A stretch of 64,000 bases of DNA from Octopus sinensis (Eukaryota). The position numbers and the translations under genes were made by a program. Each line of letters begins with the position of its first letter. Position 1 is the stretch's first letter. Under the pieces are notes generated by a model that saw nothing but the letters and a program-made list of their open reading frames with translations, had not been told where the DNA came from and did not search any database. The stretch spans positions 18,413,360-18,477,359 of the forward strand of contig NC_043019.1 in NCBI RefSeq assembly GCF_006345805.1, in the 5' to 3' direction. Shown in pieces: positions 1 through 12,833 of the stretch.

Positions 1-1352
1 GGTGTTAACATGGTCTGAAGGAAGAGCAAGCCTTCTTCTATCACACTCTCAATTTTGGTGAACTTGCGCCGCAGGGTCTCGGAGGAGATAGTGTTAGCTG
101 AAGGCTACCAAACCTGCCATACACAGACAAATTTAGCTTTATATATAGAGAGATATACAATCCTTGCTGTTAAAGCCTTTGACATGTTTGAGTCTAGATA
201 TTTTCCCTTGCAATACATATATATCAATTATCCACCAGACCATATATCATTATGTGCAATGCAGAATTGATTGTCCTTAATGAAGGTGAGAGAAAAGTTT
301 GGAATCTTTTGCTCTTATATTTTTGTTGCAAACATTCATTGGCAATTATATTTCTTTAAATTTAGCAATAATTACATGGGTACCTTTGCCCTCTGTACAT
401 GGTTTTAAAAATTGCTCCTAAAATTAATAAGATTTTTCTAGATAATCAACAATGTATTTAATATTGCACATTAAAAAACAAAAACATTGAAAGATAAACA
501 AATAGGTTACACACACACACACACACACACACAGAGTGGTGGTGGATTGCTGTCGTGAATGATTGGGGTTTAGTTGTTTAATCAACTGAGTTATCTGCTC
601 CTGAATTAAGGTGTAAGGGGCTGAACATTGTACAGATTCGTAACCCTGAATGTAAATCATTGGAAGGGTCAAGCATGACAGGGCTATACCTTCTTGAATT
701 GCTCTTAAACTCCAATTTATCACAAAGAAAAGACACCAAAGACAATGGAAACTTTTTATGAATTGGCCAATTTTTTTTCATCTTATAAAAGAGAAGTGAA
801 TCTGTCTATTTGTCCAGCACAACATCTATGAGAGGGAGGGAAAGAAGGGCAAAATCAAAATATACATTACAACATACTTTTTGAAAGAGGGGAGGAGAAA
901 AAGTTGCGGAGAGAGTGTGTGTGTGTGAAATAGATAAATTGATAGATAGACAAGTAGTGATTTCACCATAGTAACTAATACGTTTTGATTTAACACACAA
1001 GAAGTGCAAATCTGCCAATACAATGCAACACACTTCAAAAGAAGACTATAAGTATATGTGTATATAATATATATAGTTATTTCTTTAGTAGTTTGTGCAT
1101 GTGTTTCTTTCTTTCAAAATGCAGACAATGCAACACAGACTTGAAAAAAACTTTCACTCTGAATAGAAGAATGAGGAAAGAAAAGGTTGCTGTTGATAAA
1201 TACAGTAAGAGAGAGAGAGAGAGAGAGAGAGTGAGTGTATTGTGTGTGTGAAAGATAGATATATAAGTAGTGTTGTCACCACAGTAACTAACAAGCTTTG
1301 ATTAAAAATGCAGGAATTTCAAGTACAAATCTGTCAACAAGAAACAAAAACT

Positions 1353-1409
<57 letters not shown>

Positions 1410-2256
1410 ATCTTGTTTTTGGTTGTTTGTGTGTGTATTTCTGTGTCTTGCAACATATAGACAATGCAGCATTAAAAAAAAAAAGACTTTCACTTTGAAC
1501 AATTTATGAACGTACATCCATGATTCACAAATATTTTTTCCCAGCAGTGGAGCAATCAGCAACAACCTAGCTTCATGGAAGCAAGAGAGGGAATCTTCTT
1601 ACCAGAAATATCTTCTGGGAAAAGGAATAAAATATATCTTTTTGCATTAATTTAATAATTTTTTTGTTCCTTTTCAACAATAGAACTCTTAATAATCTTT
1701 GTATTAACTTGTCATTTTTGATGGTCCCAGATACCTTTAATCTTTTACTTGGTTGAGGCATTAGACTAGGGCCATCCTGGGGCACCACCTTGAAGAATTT
1801 TAGCTGAATGAACCCCAGTTCTTTTTTTCCTATTTATTCTATTGGTCACTCTTGCTGAACTGCTAAGTTACAGAGACTTAAACAAAACCGACACTGGCTG
1901 TCAAGTGGTTGTGGAGGGACAAACAGACACACACATACACAATGGGCTTCTTTCACCTTCCATCTACCAAATCCACTCATGGAATTTGGGTTGACCAGAA
2001 GCTTTAGTAGAAGGAACTTGTGAAAGGTGCGATGCAGTGGGACTGAACTAAGAACCATGTGGGTGGGAAGCAAACTTCTTAGCCATTCCTGTGCCTCTAT
2101 AGAAGGAAAGACCACAGCTGTAATGCTTTTGGTCATACAGCACTTCAATCTAGGCCAGGCTGGAGCAAAACATTAACAAAAAAGAAAAAACCCAACAGCT
2201 AATGGAAATTTAAATGGATAAGAGTGGAATTTTGTTTGACATAAATTAAAACTTAC

Positions 2257-2402
2257 TTCCATAATGATCCCTTCAGGACACGCTGAAGATCATACCAAAG
2301 AGGATGTGCATCGGCACCATTGACGTTGATCTTACTAAACATGTCGAAGGTCACATTATATCCCTCGGCAAACTTTTTTATGTCCTCATTACTGCCAGGT
2401 TC
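2257..2402 (-). CDS. GPX4: Glutathione peroxidase (GPX4/PHGPx-like) internal exon: [48 protein letters not shown](N)
   Basis: Manual translation matches the GPX4 EPG...FDMFSKI.VNG..AHPLW segment. Acceptor tttcag and donor GTAAGT. 146 nt, phase 0 in and phase 2 out, as in the equivalent vertebrate GPX4 exon. Confidence 0.93.
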
Positions 2403-2875
2403 CTGAAATGTTCAAAGAAGAAAATGATAAAGAAAGACAGGTGATTGTGTGTTTGTTAGGCAGCTTTAGTCACAAATCAAAAATGGATCTTGAAATTTCC
2501 AAAATGTGATGTAAAACGAGTGAATTCCACAGATGTTGATGAGATAAAGAAAATTATTTTAATAAGGGGCAGCAGAGGGGTCCCTTATTTTTAACTTATT
2601 TCAGTCATTGGAATGCAGCCATGCTGGAGCACCACCTTGAGCTTTTCGTCTTTCTTTTGTATGGACTTCCACACAGTTTCCATCAATGAAATTCACTCAC
2701 AAGACATCCGTTGGCTCAGGGTCTTCATAAAAGTACCTGCCTGAGGTGCCACACAGAGGCACTGAACCTACAAGTATGTGGTTGTAAAGAAAGTGCCATA
2801 ACCACACAGCCAAGCATGCACCTACAGGAAGATAGGTTCTAAAAGACAAAACCAAATATTGAAAATTTAACAAAC

Positions 2876-3023
2876 CTGACTTCCAAATTGATTCGATGGA
2901 AATGCAAGAATTCGGAGACCTTTTGATTCCCCATACTTCTCGTACAATTCCTGTAGCTGTCTGTAATTCAAATCTGTCAAACCTCATTTACTTGCTACAT
3001 TAACAATTAAACATACATGGCCC
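2876..3023 (-). CDS. GPX4: GPX4-like exon with selenocysteine codon: (R)[49 protein letters not shown]
   Basis: TGA at 2986-2984 sits at the Sec position of the NVASxUG motif. [13 protein letters not shown] motif intact. AG/GT boundaries; 148 nt keeps frame with both neighbouring exons. Confidence 0.95.
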
Positions 3024-5146
3024 CTGAAATAAAATAAAGATAAAAAATAAACAAAACAATCAAAACAAAAGTGACAGGCACAATGATATGGGTTGGATAG
3101 GTTTATACAAGATCTATTTTACTTGAGTTTAAAAATTTACAGCATTTCAGACTTCATTGGTTGTTTCGGCAAGATTTCTACGGCTGGATTCCTTTCTTAA
3201 TGCCAACCACTTTAAAGAGTGTACTGGGGGCTTTTTATGTGGCACCAGCACCAACAGGGTCAGCAAGCACCTTGCAAGATATAAAAGTCAAAAACCCCTC
3301 AACTGAGAGGGATCAGTAATATTGGGGTATGTGTGTGGGGCGGGGGTGCCAGTTTTAAGATTCAAGGTAAAGAGGGGACATAAATGTTTTGTATTGTGGT
3401 TAGATGGGCACTCCAGTTGGAAAGGAGAGTGAATGACAGATGGAGAGATGTTGGGACATGCCCTTAGGAACATTGGTGGTGGGGAGAATGGGTGAGATGT
3501 GATACAGAGATTTGGAATGAGCGGGATGGTTGACATGTTAGAATCTAAACCTTATATGGCCTACATTGTTGAGATGGCAAGAATTTTGGTGAAGCAACAA
3601 CACAGAACCCTGCCTCCCCTATCACAAGATGACCTATCCACAGCCCTCATTTCTGTGCTGTTCTCACCCCAATCACAGTAAATGGAACGGCCAGCTGGCA
3701 TACATAACACATTCTTGGTAATTAGTTTGATTACAGAATTATTGGTTAATTAAAAGTGTTTTGTTTCAATGTTATCCTCTGCTACACAACCTTATTACTC
3801 AGTACAGTGTGGAGACAAATGTAGATATACAGAGAAACAGGGGGAAACCCCTTGACTTTATATAAATATAAAGACAAAGGGTTTTCACCTGTCCCTGTAT
3901 CCAATTCACTGAGGCCCAAATAACTGTTTCCAATTCTGGCACAAGGCCAGAAACTTTGGTGGATGAGGAGGGAGGGTATTAGTTGATTACACTGACTCCA
4001 GTACTTGGTATGTAATTTATCTTTTAGAGCTTAAAAGGATAAAAATTAAAGTTCACCTCTGTGAGATTTGAACTTACAATTCTGCTGATTGATCGTCCAG
4101 TTATAAATAGTGTCTCCACTGATGGGTTGATCTCAGTCATTAATGACATCCCAATACAGTCCAGCTGATAACTCTTTCATAGAGATAAGGATGTTCTTGA
4201 TATCCTTAAGAAGAAACTGGCTGATCAGTGTTGAAATGGCCTTGACCATATAGATAGAGGCATGTGATTTCTGGTTAAATTCCAATGTGTGGCACCATGA
4301 GCAAGTGTCTTTTGCTACAGTCCTGTGCTAATGTATGCCTTGTGAGTGGATTTGGTAGATGGAAACTGTGTGAAAGCCCACCCCTCCCCACCATTTATCT
4401 CTCTTCACTACTGAGGCAGCCATGTATCTCCTGCTCCCTTGCAAGAACCCTTATTTCCAACCCTCTCTCTATTCTGACTGACCAGTTCTTGTCAAAGAGT
4501 CCAACCCATGCTAGCATGTAAAACAGACATATGATGATGATGATGATATACATATATATGTCTATATGTGTGTCTTTATGTCTGTGTTTGTCCTTATAAC
4601 TTAGCGGTTCAGCAAAAGTGGCTGATAGATTAAGTACCAGGCTCAAAAGATAAGGACTGTGGTTAAACTGTTCCTTTCAAGGTGGTGCTCCAGCATGGCA
4701 GTAGTCCATTGACAGAAACAAGCAAAAGACATATCTGTTTGCACTGAAATGACCTCCTGAGTCAAAGCAACAACAACATGACTCACATAACAATGAGAGT
4801 CCCTGCATCAGACTCCAAAACACTGCACCACAGTGAACACTAGAACACAAACCTAGCCTGATCATCAGGCATGGTCAGGTGGTCATGAAGCTTACTTTGG
4901 AACCAGGTGGCTCCAGGTTCAATTTCACTTTGGGCAAGTGTTCTTGTCTACAGCTTTCAGTGGAACAATACTCTGTGATTGAAATTTCATAAACATAAGC
5001 ACAGAAACAGACATAGTTTATATCCTGTCTGACCGAACTATCTCTTCCTCCACCAACTTCCACTTTGCATCTTGAGATGAGAAGTTGGAACATTCATGCC
5101 TTTTCTAATGATAGCTGATTAATACACATATAAATCAATCACCAAC

Positions 5147-5214
5147 CTGTACTTTTCCATTGACACTTCATTGCCATCAATGTCGTTGGCCTTGTAGCTG
5201 TAAAAGTCGAATCC
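5147..5214 (-). CDS. GPX4: GPX4-like exon: GFDFYSYKANDIDGNEVSMEKY(R)
   Basis: Matches the GPx D-I-D-G..V.(L/M).KYRG segment. Acceptor ttttgcag, donor GTTGGT. Phase-2 end AG plus G of the next exon gives Arg. Confidence 0.9.
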
Positions 5215-5359
5215 CTGCAAAATAATAACAATGATTATATGTGTGTGTGCGTACATCCCATCAATTTTCAGTTATAACTTACCTGAAGAACTTATACACC
5301 TACAGATGATTTTACTTAGTTTGATGTGGCTTTTCTCAAACACAGCAATTGCCAGAATG

Positions 5360-5407
<48 letters not shown>

Positions 5408-5495
5408 TAATCCAAACAAGAAAGCACAAAAAAACACAACAACGCGAGGACGTGGAACAAATATAGTATTATTGGATGCTCAGGAAAGAAGGAGG

Positions 5496-5530
5496 GTTTA
5501 ACGTTTCGAGCGGAGCTCTTCATTGGAAAC
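5496..5530 (-). ncRNA. Degenerate Penelope-type hammerhead motif
   Basis: GUUU-CCAAUGA-A-GAG(CUCCG)CUC-GAAA-CGUU-AAAC. Helices are consistent with the fold, but the core has CCAAUGA instead of CUGAUGA. Confidence 0.4.
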
Positions 5531-7444
5531 ATAGGAGAAGGAAAGATCCAGAGAAGGGAAGACAGAGGAAAAAAAAAATCACCAACGGTACACACGCGGT
5601 CACATTTTGAATATATATATATATATTGGTTTTTGTATTTGGTTTAAAAGATTCTTGATGTGAACTCGTGAAGGTAATTATGCCAATAATAAAATAAACA
5701 TGCACTGGTTCTATTTCACTTCTTTATTTGTCAATTGGTTAAACCAATTGACTAATTGACTGTTTGATTCATCATTCTGTCAATCAATCGGTCAATCAGC
5801 TCAGTTTGTCAAACTCCCGTTCATCAGCAGGCTCTCTCTCATATATATATATTTCAAGTGTGTCTGTCTGCCTGTCTCTCCTACTCAACATCACCATTTA
5901 TGACCTTGTTCCATGCCGGTCTGGGTCGGATGGGTTCTCACAGTTTGATATTAATTCTAGGAGCCATAATGTTCCCACTTGCACTTTTAGTATGGTTTCT
6001 GCAGTTGGATGTTATTCTTGGCATCAACCACTTTACAGATGTGTCCATGACTGAGTAACTGTGGATGATAGGAGAGTGATAACTGGGAGAGGGGGTAAAA
6101 GGAGAGAGAGAGAATTACATGCTAGTTGTTGGGCAGGAGACTGAATAGAAAGCAGCAGGATGGGATAGCAATAAAGGTGTGTGAAGGTAACTGGAAGCAA
6201 ATGATGGATAACAACAAAGGGAGGTAATAGAACTGAAAGTGGCAGGTATCAATTAAGAATAACAATGTGGGGAGACTAAGGGGAGAGGAGAGAGAGAAAG
6301 ATTGAGGGAGAGTCTGGTATAATGAATATGGAAGGGATGGATGGGATTTTTCAGCAGCGAGGTGCAGTTAGGGTTAAATAGAAAACTGAGAAGGATGATG
6401 GGATTACCAGAGAAAAATGGGAGGTAGGAGTCAATTGAGACACTCACATAGGGAAGGTTAGAGGTATGTGCTGATGTGAGTTTGAGATATTGGAGGTGTG
6501 CACATATGATGGTCAGCACTCATCATACAGGTATTGTGATGGAGAGGCAGAAGGACTGGCTACAGACAAATCAAACTGCCATTCCCTGCTGCAGGAATGT
6601 GCTGAGCTCCAATATTTTTTTTCTTTGATATGATTTCTAAGTCTGGATGCTCTTTCTAATGCCAACCACTTTGCAGAATGTACCAGCTGCTTTTATTGAG
6701 CCACTGGCACAAGTGAGGTCACCAAACCCCAAAACGTCTGCCTGTCTGTACAGATGTGCTGCTGTGTCTGCATCAGCTTGTTCGCAGCTGAGCATCTTAT
6801 GAAAATTCCTTTACAAATGATGTTGATGGTGGTGTTGTCATCATCCTTGGACTTTGTGACATTAATCAAATAAGAGATTCTTTACTTGAAATGCAAGGTT
6901 AGTGACAGGAAGGGCATCCGGCTGTCAAACAATGTCTCAATAATATACTCATCTAACTCATGCTAGTATAGAAGCAAGGACATAAAACAAACAGAAACTA
7001 TATATGTGTGTGTGTGTGTATGTCTTTGTGTCTGTATTTGTCTCTCACCACTGCTTGACAATCAGTGTTGGTGTTTATCTCCCTACTTAGTGGTTTGGCA
7101 AAAACGACTGATAAAATAAGGACCAGGTTTTACAAGAGAAAATAATAAGGACTGGGATCAATTTGTTGGACTAAAACTCTTCAAGTTGGTGCCCCAGCAT
7201 GACCACAGTCTAATGACTGAAACAAGGAAAAGATATATATATACACACAAAGTAAGTTTGGGGTTATGGGTGCAACCCACTAAGGGATATATATATAAGA
7301 TATAAGTTGGATGTATGAAAACCATCTAAGGGATAGATGCATCGAGAGACACTCCTGGTAATTACCTGAGTATATATGGTCCTTGTTATAAGGTATATGG
7401 TAGTGGTAATTTAAAAGGTAAACCATAATTTAATGTATACAACA

Positions 7445-7715
7445 ACGATAAGAAAATGGAGAAATAAGTAACAATGAGAAGTGGATCTTTGGTGTTATGA
7501 AGCCATTATTTAATTAATTAAGATGAGAGTATGTTTACAACTGATATACATCTTTGCTTTCTTTGTTCTGAGGACGTCAATCAATTGCACCCCAGCCTGA
7601 TATACGGAAACAGATGTAAACTTACTCAAACATACTCCCATCTTAATTAAATAATGGCTTCATAACACCAAAGATCCACTTCTCATTGTTATTTATTTCT
7701 CCATTTTCTTATCGT
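7445..7715 (+). mobile_element. Penelope-like element terminal remnant: about 90-bp inverted repeats enclosing a hammerhead-like motif
   Basis: 7445-7536 vs 7628-7715 inverted, with two substitutions and one 4-nt indel. Confidence 0.6.
7565..7621 (+). ncRNA. Hammerhead ribozyme-like motif (type I, minimal)
   Basis: GUU-CUGAGGA-CGUcaAUCA...UGAUauACG-GAAA-C(AGAU)G-UA-AAC. Core intact, 3-bp stem I, stem II with a 2x2 internal loop, GUA triplet at 7616-7618. Confidence 0.55.
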
Positions 7716-7727
7716 CTTTATATATAG

Positions 7728-7887
7728 ATGTAGGAGTGGCCTGTGGTAAGTAGCTTACTTACCAACCACATGGTTCCGGGTTCAGTCCCACTGCATAGCA
7801 CCTTGGGCAAGTGTCTTCTACTATAACCTTGGGTTGACCAAAGCCTTGTGAGTGGATCTGATAGATGGAAACTGAAAGACGCCTGTC

Positions 7888-7920
<33 letters not shown>

Positions 7921-8152
7921 AATATATATATACACATGTAGGTATGTATATTTATGTATCTGTGCTTGTCTCTGCACCATCGTTTGACAACCAATGTTGG
8001 TATGTTTATGTCCCTGTAACTTAGCAGTTCGGCAAAGAGACTGATAGAATAAGTACTAGGCTTACAAAGAATAAGTCCTGGGGTAGATTTGTTCGACTAA
8101 AGGCCGTGCTCCATCATGGCCATAGACAAATGACTGACACAAATAAAAGACT
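7728..8152 (+). mobile_element. tRNA-derived SINE with an internal (TA)n(TG)n tract; representative of many copies (e.g. 1850-2100, 11458-11610, 45340-45481, 50690-50990)
   Basis: A/B-box-like TGTGGTAAG...GGTTCAGTCCC head and recurrent CCTTGGGCAAGTG...GCCTTGTGAGTGGATTTGGTAGA body. Confidence 0.85.
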
Positions 8153-9450
8153 ATACACAGACCACATACATATACAGACACATCGAATGTATATAAACAT
8201 GTTGTAACCAGAGATGTTTTCAACAAGTTCCGACGAATCCATTTCCATGCTAATACTAAGTGTGTGTATATAAAGTGCACCTACGCATTGCATATATGGT
8301 TTATACACATACTTGCCCAAACAAATGAAAATTGGACAACTAATGGAGGTTCCATTTCATTAATTAAGATTCCAGTTGACCAAAATTCTGGCTACACCCA
8401 AATATATATACATTTGCACAATATCTGTAATGTATACACACATACATTTACATGAGATATGCGATGTATACATAAGCCTCATATACACACACACGTGGTG
8501 TGTGCAATGAATTGGAGGGCTTTTAATTGCAGGGACTAATAAATGTAATTAAATCCTGTTGAACTGGTAGCAATCAAGTTTTTACTATAAGTATAGAATG
8601 GCTGTCACAAAACACAGCATATCCTCTCACTGTTTTAAGTATTCAGGCCAATCCCTACCCTCATCCACGACCACCACCACAGACACCAGAGTTCCGCTTT
8701 CCAACTGGGTATCATCAACTGAAGTAATCTCACTAATCTAGGGCAGGTTTCAAAAGAGGCATGAACACTGATGCCCTCTTTTTTTTTATGAGAACAGAGG
8801 TGGTGGCGGGGGGGGGGGGCAGGTTCTCCTCACTGATAAAAATTGATAAAATATCAACACAATTGAGAGATAGCCTGCATGTTCAACCTCTGAGAAAATA
8901 AAAGCCAAATCTCCTTCAAATCAACATCACAATCAGCACTACCAACTAAAAACCAGGACACTTGGATAATGTGGCAGTCCTAGATACACTTTTATCTGAC
9001 AAAGGAGAAAAATAAAAAAATAAGGGGTGGGGCGGGGGTTAGTGTCAACAGTTGAGAAAACTTTGATCACATGCTAACTCAATGAAGGTGGCGTGGGAAT
9101 GAAGGGCCTGGGGATTAAACAACAACAAGCGTCCTTTTAAGACTTGTTCCAAATCTGAAAAATTAGATTCTCAACCTTTGAACCAGCTTGCTGGAGATAA
9201 ATGCTTCACCAAGTCAAACAGACAAGAAAACAGGTTCTAATATCTAACCAAACCAGCCTTAATTATTTCTTTGTTGAAAGAAAGGAACTCTCAGCCAGCT
9301 AAATATAACCCACACATTGATGATAATGATGCTAGTTACAATGGTATCCTGGTCATTAACTAGGTCAGTTTACTCATTCAGATACTTATGTACAACAAGC
9401 CTCTATGTAGTACATATATACACATACACACATGTATATATGTGTGTGTA

Positions 9451-9483
<33 letters not shown>

Positions 9484-9769
9484 GCACATACATGTACAGA
9501 AAGAGTGAAGTTAGGAACAAAACCTATTGTATGCAATATAGACAAAGACCATTCTTTCTTATTTTCAGGCTGCTGTTTCTAGCAGGTTGAATGGCTGTAT
9601 AGAGCATTCTTTACTGGCTTGAATAGAGTTATTATTACATGTTTATGAGTGTAATACACACACACATGTGGTGTTTGTATTTTATAAACAGGCTTCTTTC
9701 AGTTTGTCAACCGAATCCACTTCCAATATATTTTATGCAGTCATAGATTACGGCTGGCCAGAAAGTTAC

Positions 9770-9820
9770 CACTGGTCTTGTGTCTGTTTTCTTGCTCTTA
9801 GCAATATGTAGACAACCCAT
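9770..9820 (-). CDS. Candidate alternative first exon MGCLHIAKSKKTDTRPV
   Basis: ATG in ctcATGG context, in-frame TGA upstream, phase-0 donor GTG|GTAACT (weaker). Confidence 0.25.
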
Positions 9821-11604
9821 GAGACCTGCTGGTCAGCATTTAGCCTCTTTACTGCTGGAATACAGTCTTGGTTGGCAAGGTTGTGAAAAAAATACCCTGA
9901 AATGAAATTCTTCAAAGCAAAAACTCTTTGTAAGCAAGATGGAGTTATCTCCCTTCAGATGGTTCCAGTTGCAAGTGGAGAAGTCCATGTGTCCAACATG
10001 AATTTTCTCTCATTAGGGCACCAACTAAACATTTCACTTTAGAAAGGTTATGTGCTTCCAGACAGCAAGTCTAGTGAGTTGTCTATATCGTTAAGAGCAA
10101 TAATAGATGTGAAATCAATGATAACTTTCTGACAGGACATAACCAGTGAATACATTAACCCATTAACTTTAAAAAAAAAAAAATTTGTAGTGGCATCCAT
10201 GCCAAAACTGATACTTCAGCAGGATGTGGTCCTCTCACTCGTCAGATCCTGTCAACACATCCAACCCATGCCATCAGAGAAAGCAGACATCATCATCATC
10301 AAAAAAATAAAATCAACTTTTCTATGTTCATAAGGAATTTTCTGGGGCATTTTCTAAGGCTGGATGCCCTTCCTGTTGCCAACGTCACCTGTTTGCAAAG
10401 CAAAGAGATATTCTCTGATGACCAGAGATGTTTTCACAGAAGACTGGAAATGAAGGACACTTCTTGCTCGATGGTAACATTTACACAATGTCAAGTAACA
10501 CACACACACACACACACTGAAGTGATATCTCTGCCACACCACTATAGTTACCACTGCTACCTACCATCACCATAGCAACTCTCCCACCACCACCACACTT
10601 ATCCCTTTATTGTTTTCTTTGTGACAGACCTTGGAATATAAAACAAAACAAAAGAAAATCAATAAACCAACAGGATTAAGGCTGGAGGATAGAATTACAA
10701 ATCCCCCTTAAGCAGACATGAACTCTTATTAGTCACCTGTTGTTGTCATTACAAACTTTTTCTAGATGAGACATTAGCACTGACAAATCAGAAGTATTTC
10801 TATTGTTAATAATAATATTGCTTGCTTGTTGATTGCAGTCAAAAGCAGAACATTGTCAAGATTTTGGTGTCCTGTCAACGTACTAAGTTTTCGTTCTGTT
10901 TTCTAGAATATACTTTCAGTCTGTGCTTAATATTTTGCCCCTTTGACATTTATTGTATAAGTACAGCTCGGCATGTAGTTCTTGTATTGCATTTTTATAG
11001 GCAGGGGCCCCTCCGACGATATAACAAAAGAATGTTATTATGGAAGATAGTAGTTTGATGTCGTTCCAACAAACTGCTCAAGACAAAGCTAATTCAACTG
11101 ATAATAATAATAATAATAATAATGTTTGTAATATAACGATATTATGGGGGAAACAAGTTAGTTGATTATATTAACCCAAGTATGTAACTGGGTGACAATA
11201 AAATAAAGTACCAGTCATGTACTTGGGTTGATATAGTTGACTGACCCTTACCCAAAATTTCAAACCATATGCCTACGTTACAAATTACTACTACTACTGG
11301 TGGTGGTGGTGGTGGTGGTAGCAGCAGTAGTAGTAGTAAGATGAAGATGAGGAAAAAACAGCAGCAGCTTCATGCTTCTTGAAGCCAAATTAAATCTCAT
11401 TCCAGGTCAGCCCTGACTGTCCTGGTGTTAAAAGATGGATTAAAATAATTTGAAACAAGCACAGGAGTGGCTGTGTGGTAAGAAGCTTGCTTTCCAACCA
11501 CATGGTTCTGTGTTCAGTCCCACTACATGGCACCTTGGGCAAGTGGCTTCTACTCAGATCAACCAAAGCCTTGTGAGTGGATTTGGTAGATGGAAACTGA
11601 AAGC

Positions 11605-11649
<45 letters not shown>

Positions 11650-12156
11650 AAATAATATTTGTCTCTTTTTTATAGAAACAAAAAAACAGGGGGGTGGGGT
11701 CATCGCTGTGATGCACTTTCGTGTAATTGAACTGTGGTGGTGAGCTCCCGAAATAGCCATTGATGTATTTGTATTGACCTTGTGGAAAGTCTGTTTGCTA
11801 TGAACTTTAACCTACCATGGTTTTAAAAATTGAACTTTGGACGTACTTTGTATGAGGGGAATAAAAAACACTTTCAAAATATTTTAATCGTTTTTTATTT
11901 TATCTTAGTTTTTTGGTAGAATGGCACACTGGAATTTTTATGAATTTTTAGTCATTTATATTTACTTTTTGTTAGGCTATTCTATTTGTATTTTATTCGT
12001 ATATATATTTTTACCTTCTGTATTTTTATGTATGTGTATATATTTTAATATGTTTAAAAACCATGGTGATATTTACATATGATCAAATGTTTGAGGTATG
12101 GTGTTAGATATAAAGTTGACTCGAATTTAATGTTTGTTCTATGACCAATGTTTCTT

Positions 12157-12223
<67 letters not shown>

Positions 12224-12833
12224 ATATATATATATACGAGCAAAACGCCCCACCACCACCACCGTCCAATGGACAGTGCTGAGTTGTCAAACATTTAAAC
12301 CAAATTTTCTCAAAACAACTTGTATGACTGTCCCATAGGCTTCTCCTTTGAGAAACACTGATTTAACCTAAATTTGAGACACCAGCAAAAGAAGAAATAA
12401 AGATAGACTTTTTTTTCTATTCCAAAGAAAAACGATTTTATTCACACAGATATGCAACCGAAGAGTTTAAAGTACCAGTAATGATAAGGCTGTTGACTGG
12501 GAGAACACAAACATGGTTTAAACAGTAAGCTTGGCAGGAAAGAAACGTGCCTTTAAGCAATACAAGAACAACAAAAAAAGGAAGGTGCAGTTATGTATAG
12601 GTTGATGGAAGAAAAGCAGGACAAAAACGATGCATGCAAATGGGTTAGCTGGAGGTAAATCTAGATGGAAAAGCATGATGAATTTATGAGATCATACCTG
12701 GGACAATAGTAAGTTTAACTGATAAAACATGTAGGAAATCAATGTGGGGCGATTTTTGATGAAAAGCAACCACCTAGGGAACTAACTAATTTAAGCTAAC
12801 TTACTTTACAGGATGTTCAAGGGCATGGAAAAG

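Noticed and set aside
424-723. ORF MINWSLRAIQEG... as the missing GPx IKWNF exon
   Set aside because: Only I-x-W matches; no NFTKFL, no suitable splice sites, and it runs into a (GT)n repeat.
1670-1715. SECIS-like AUGA-N11-AAA on the minus strand
   Set aside because: The 3' arm pairs for only 6 bp, there is no GA quartet partner, and it lies upstream of the missing coding exons.
5283-5350. Strong GTAAGT donor 68 nt upstream of the GFDFY exon
   Set aside because: In-frame TAA three codons before the donor and no ATG; it could only be non-coding.
10415-10465. CUGAUGA...CUGGAAA hammerhead-like string
   Set aside because: Stem II cannot close before a GAAA, there is no stem I or III, and it is a mutated SINE segment.
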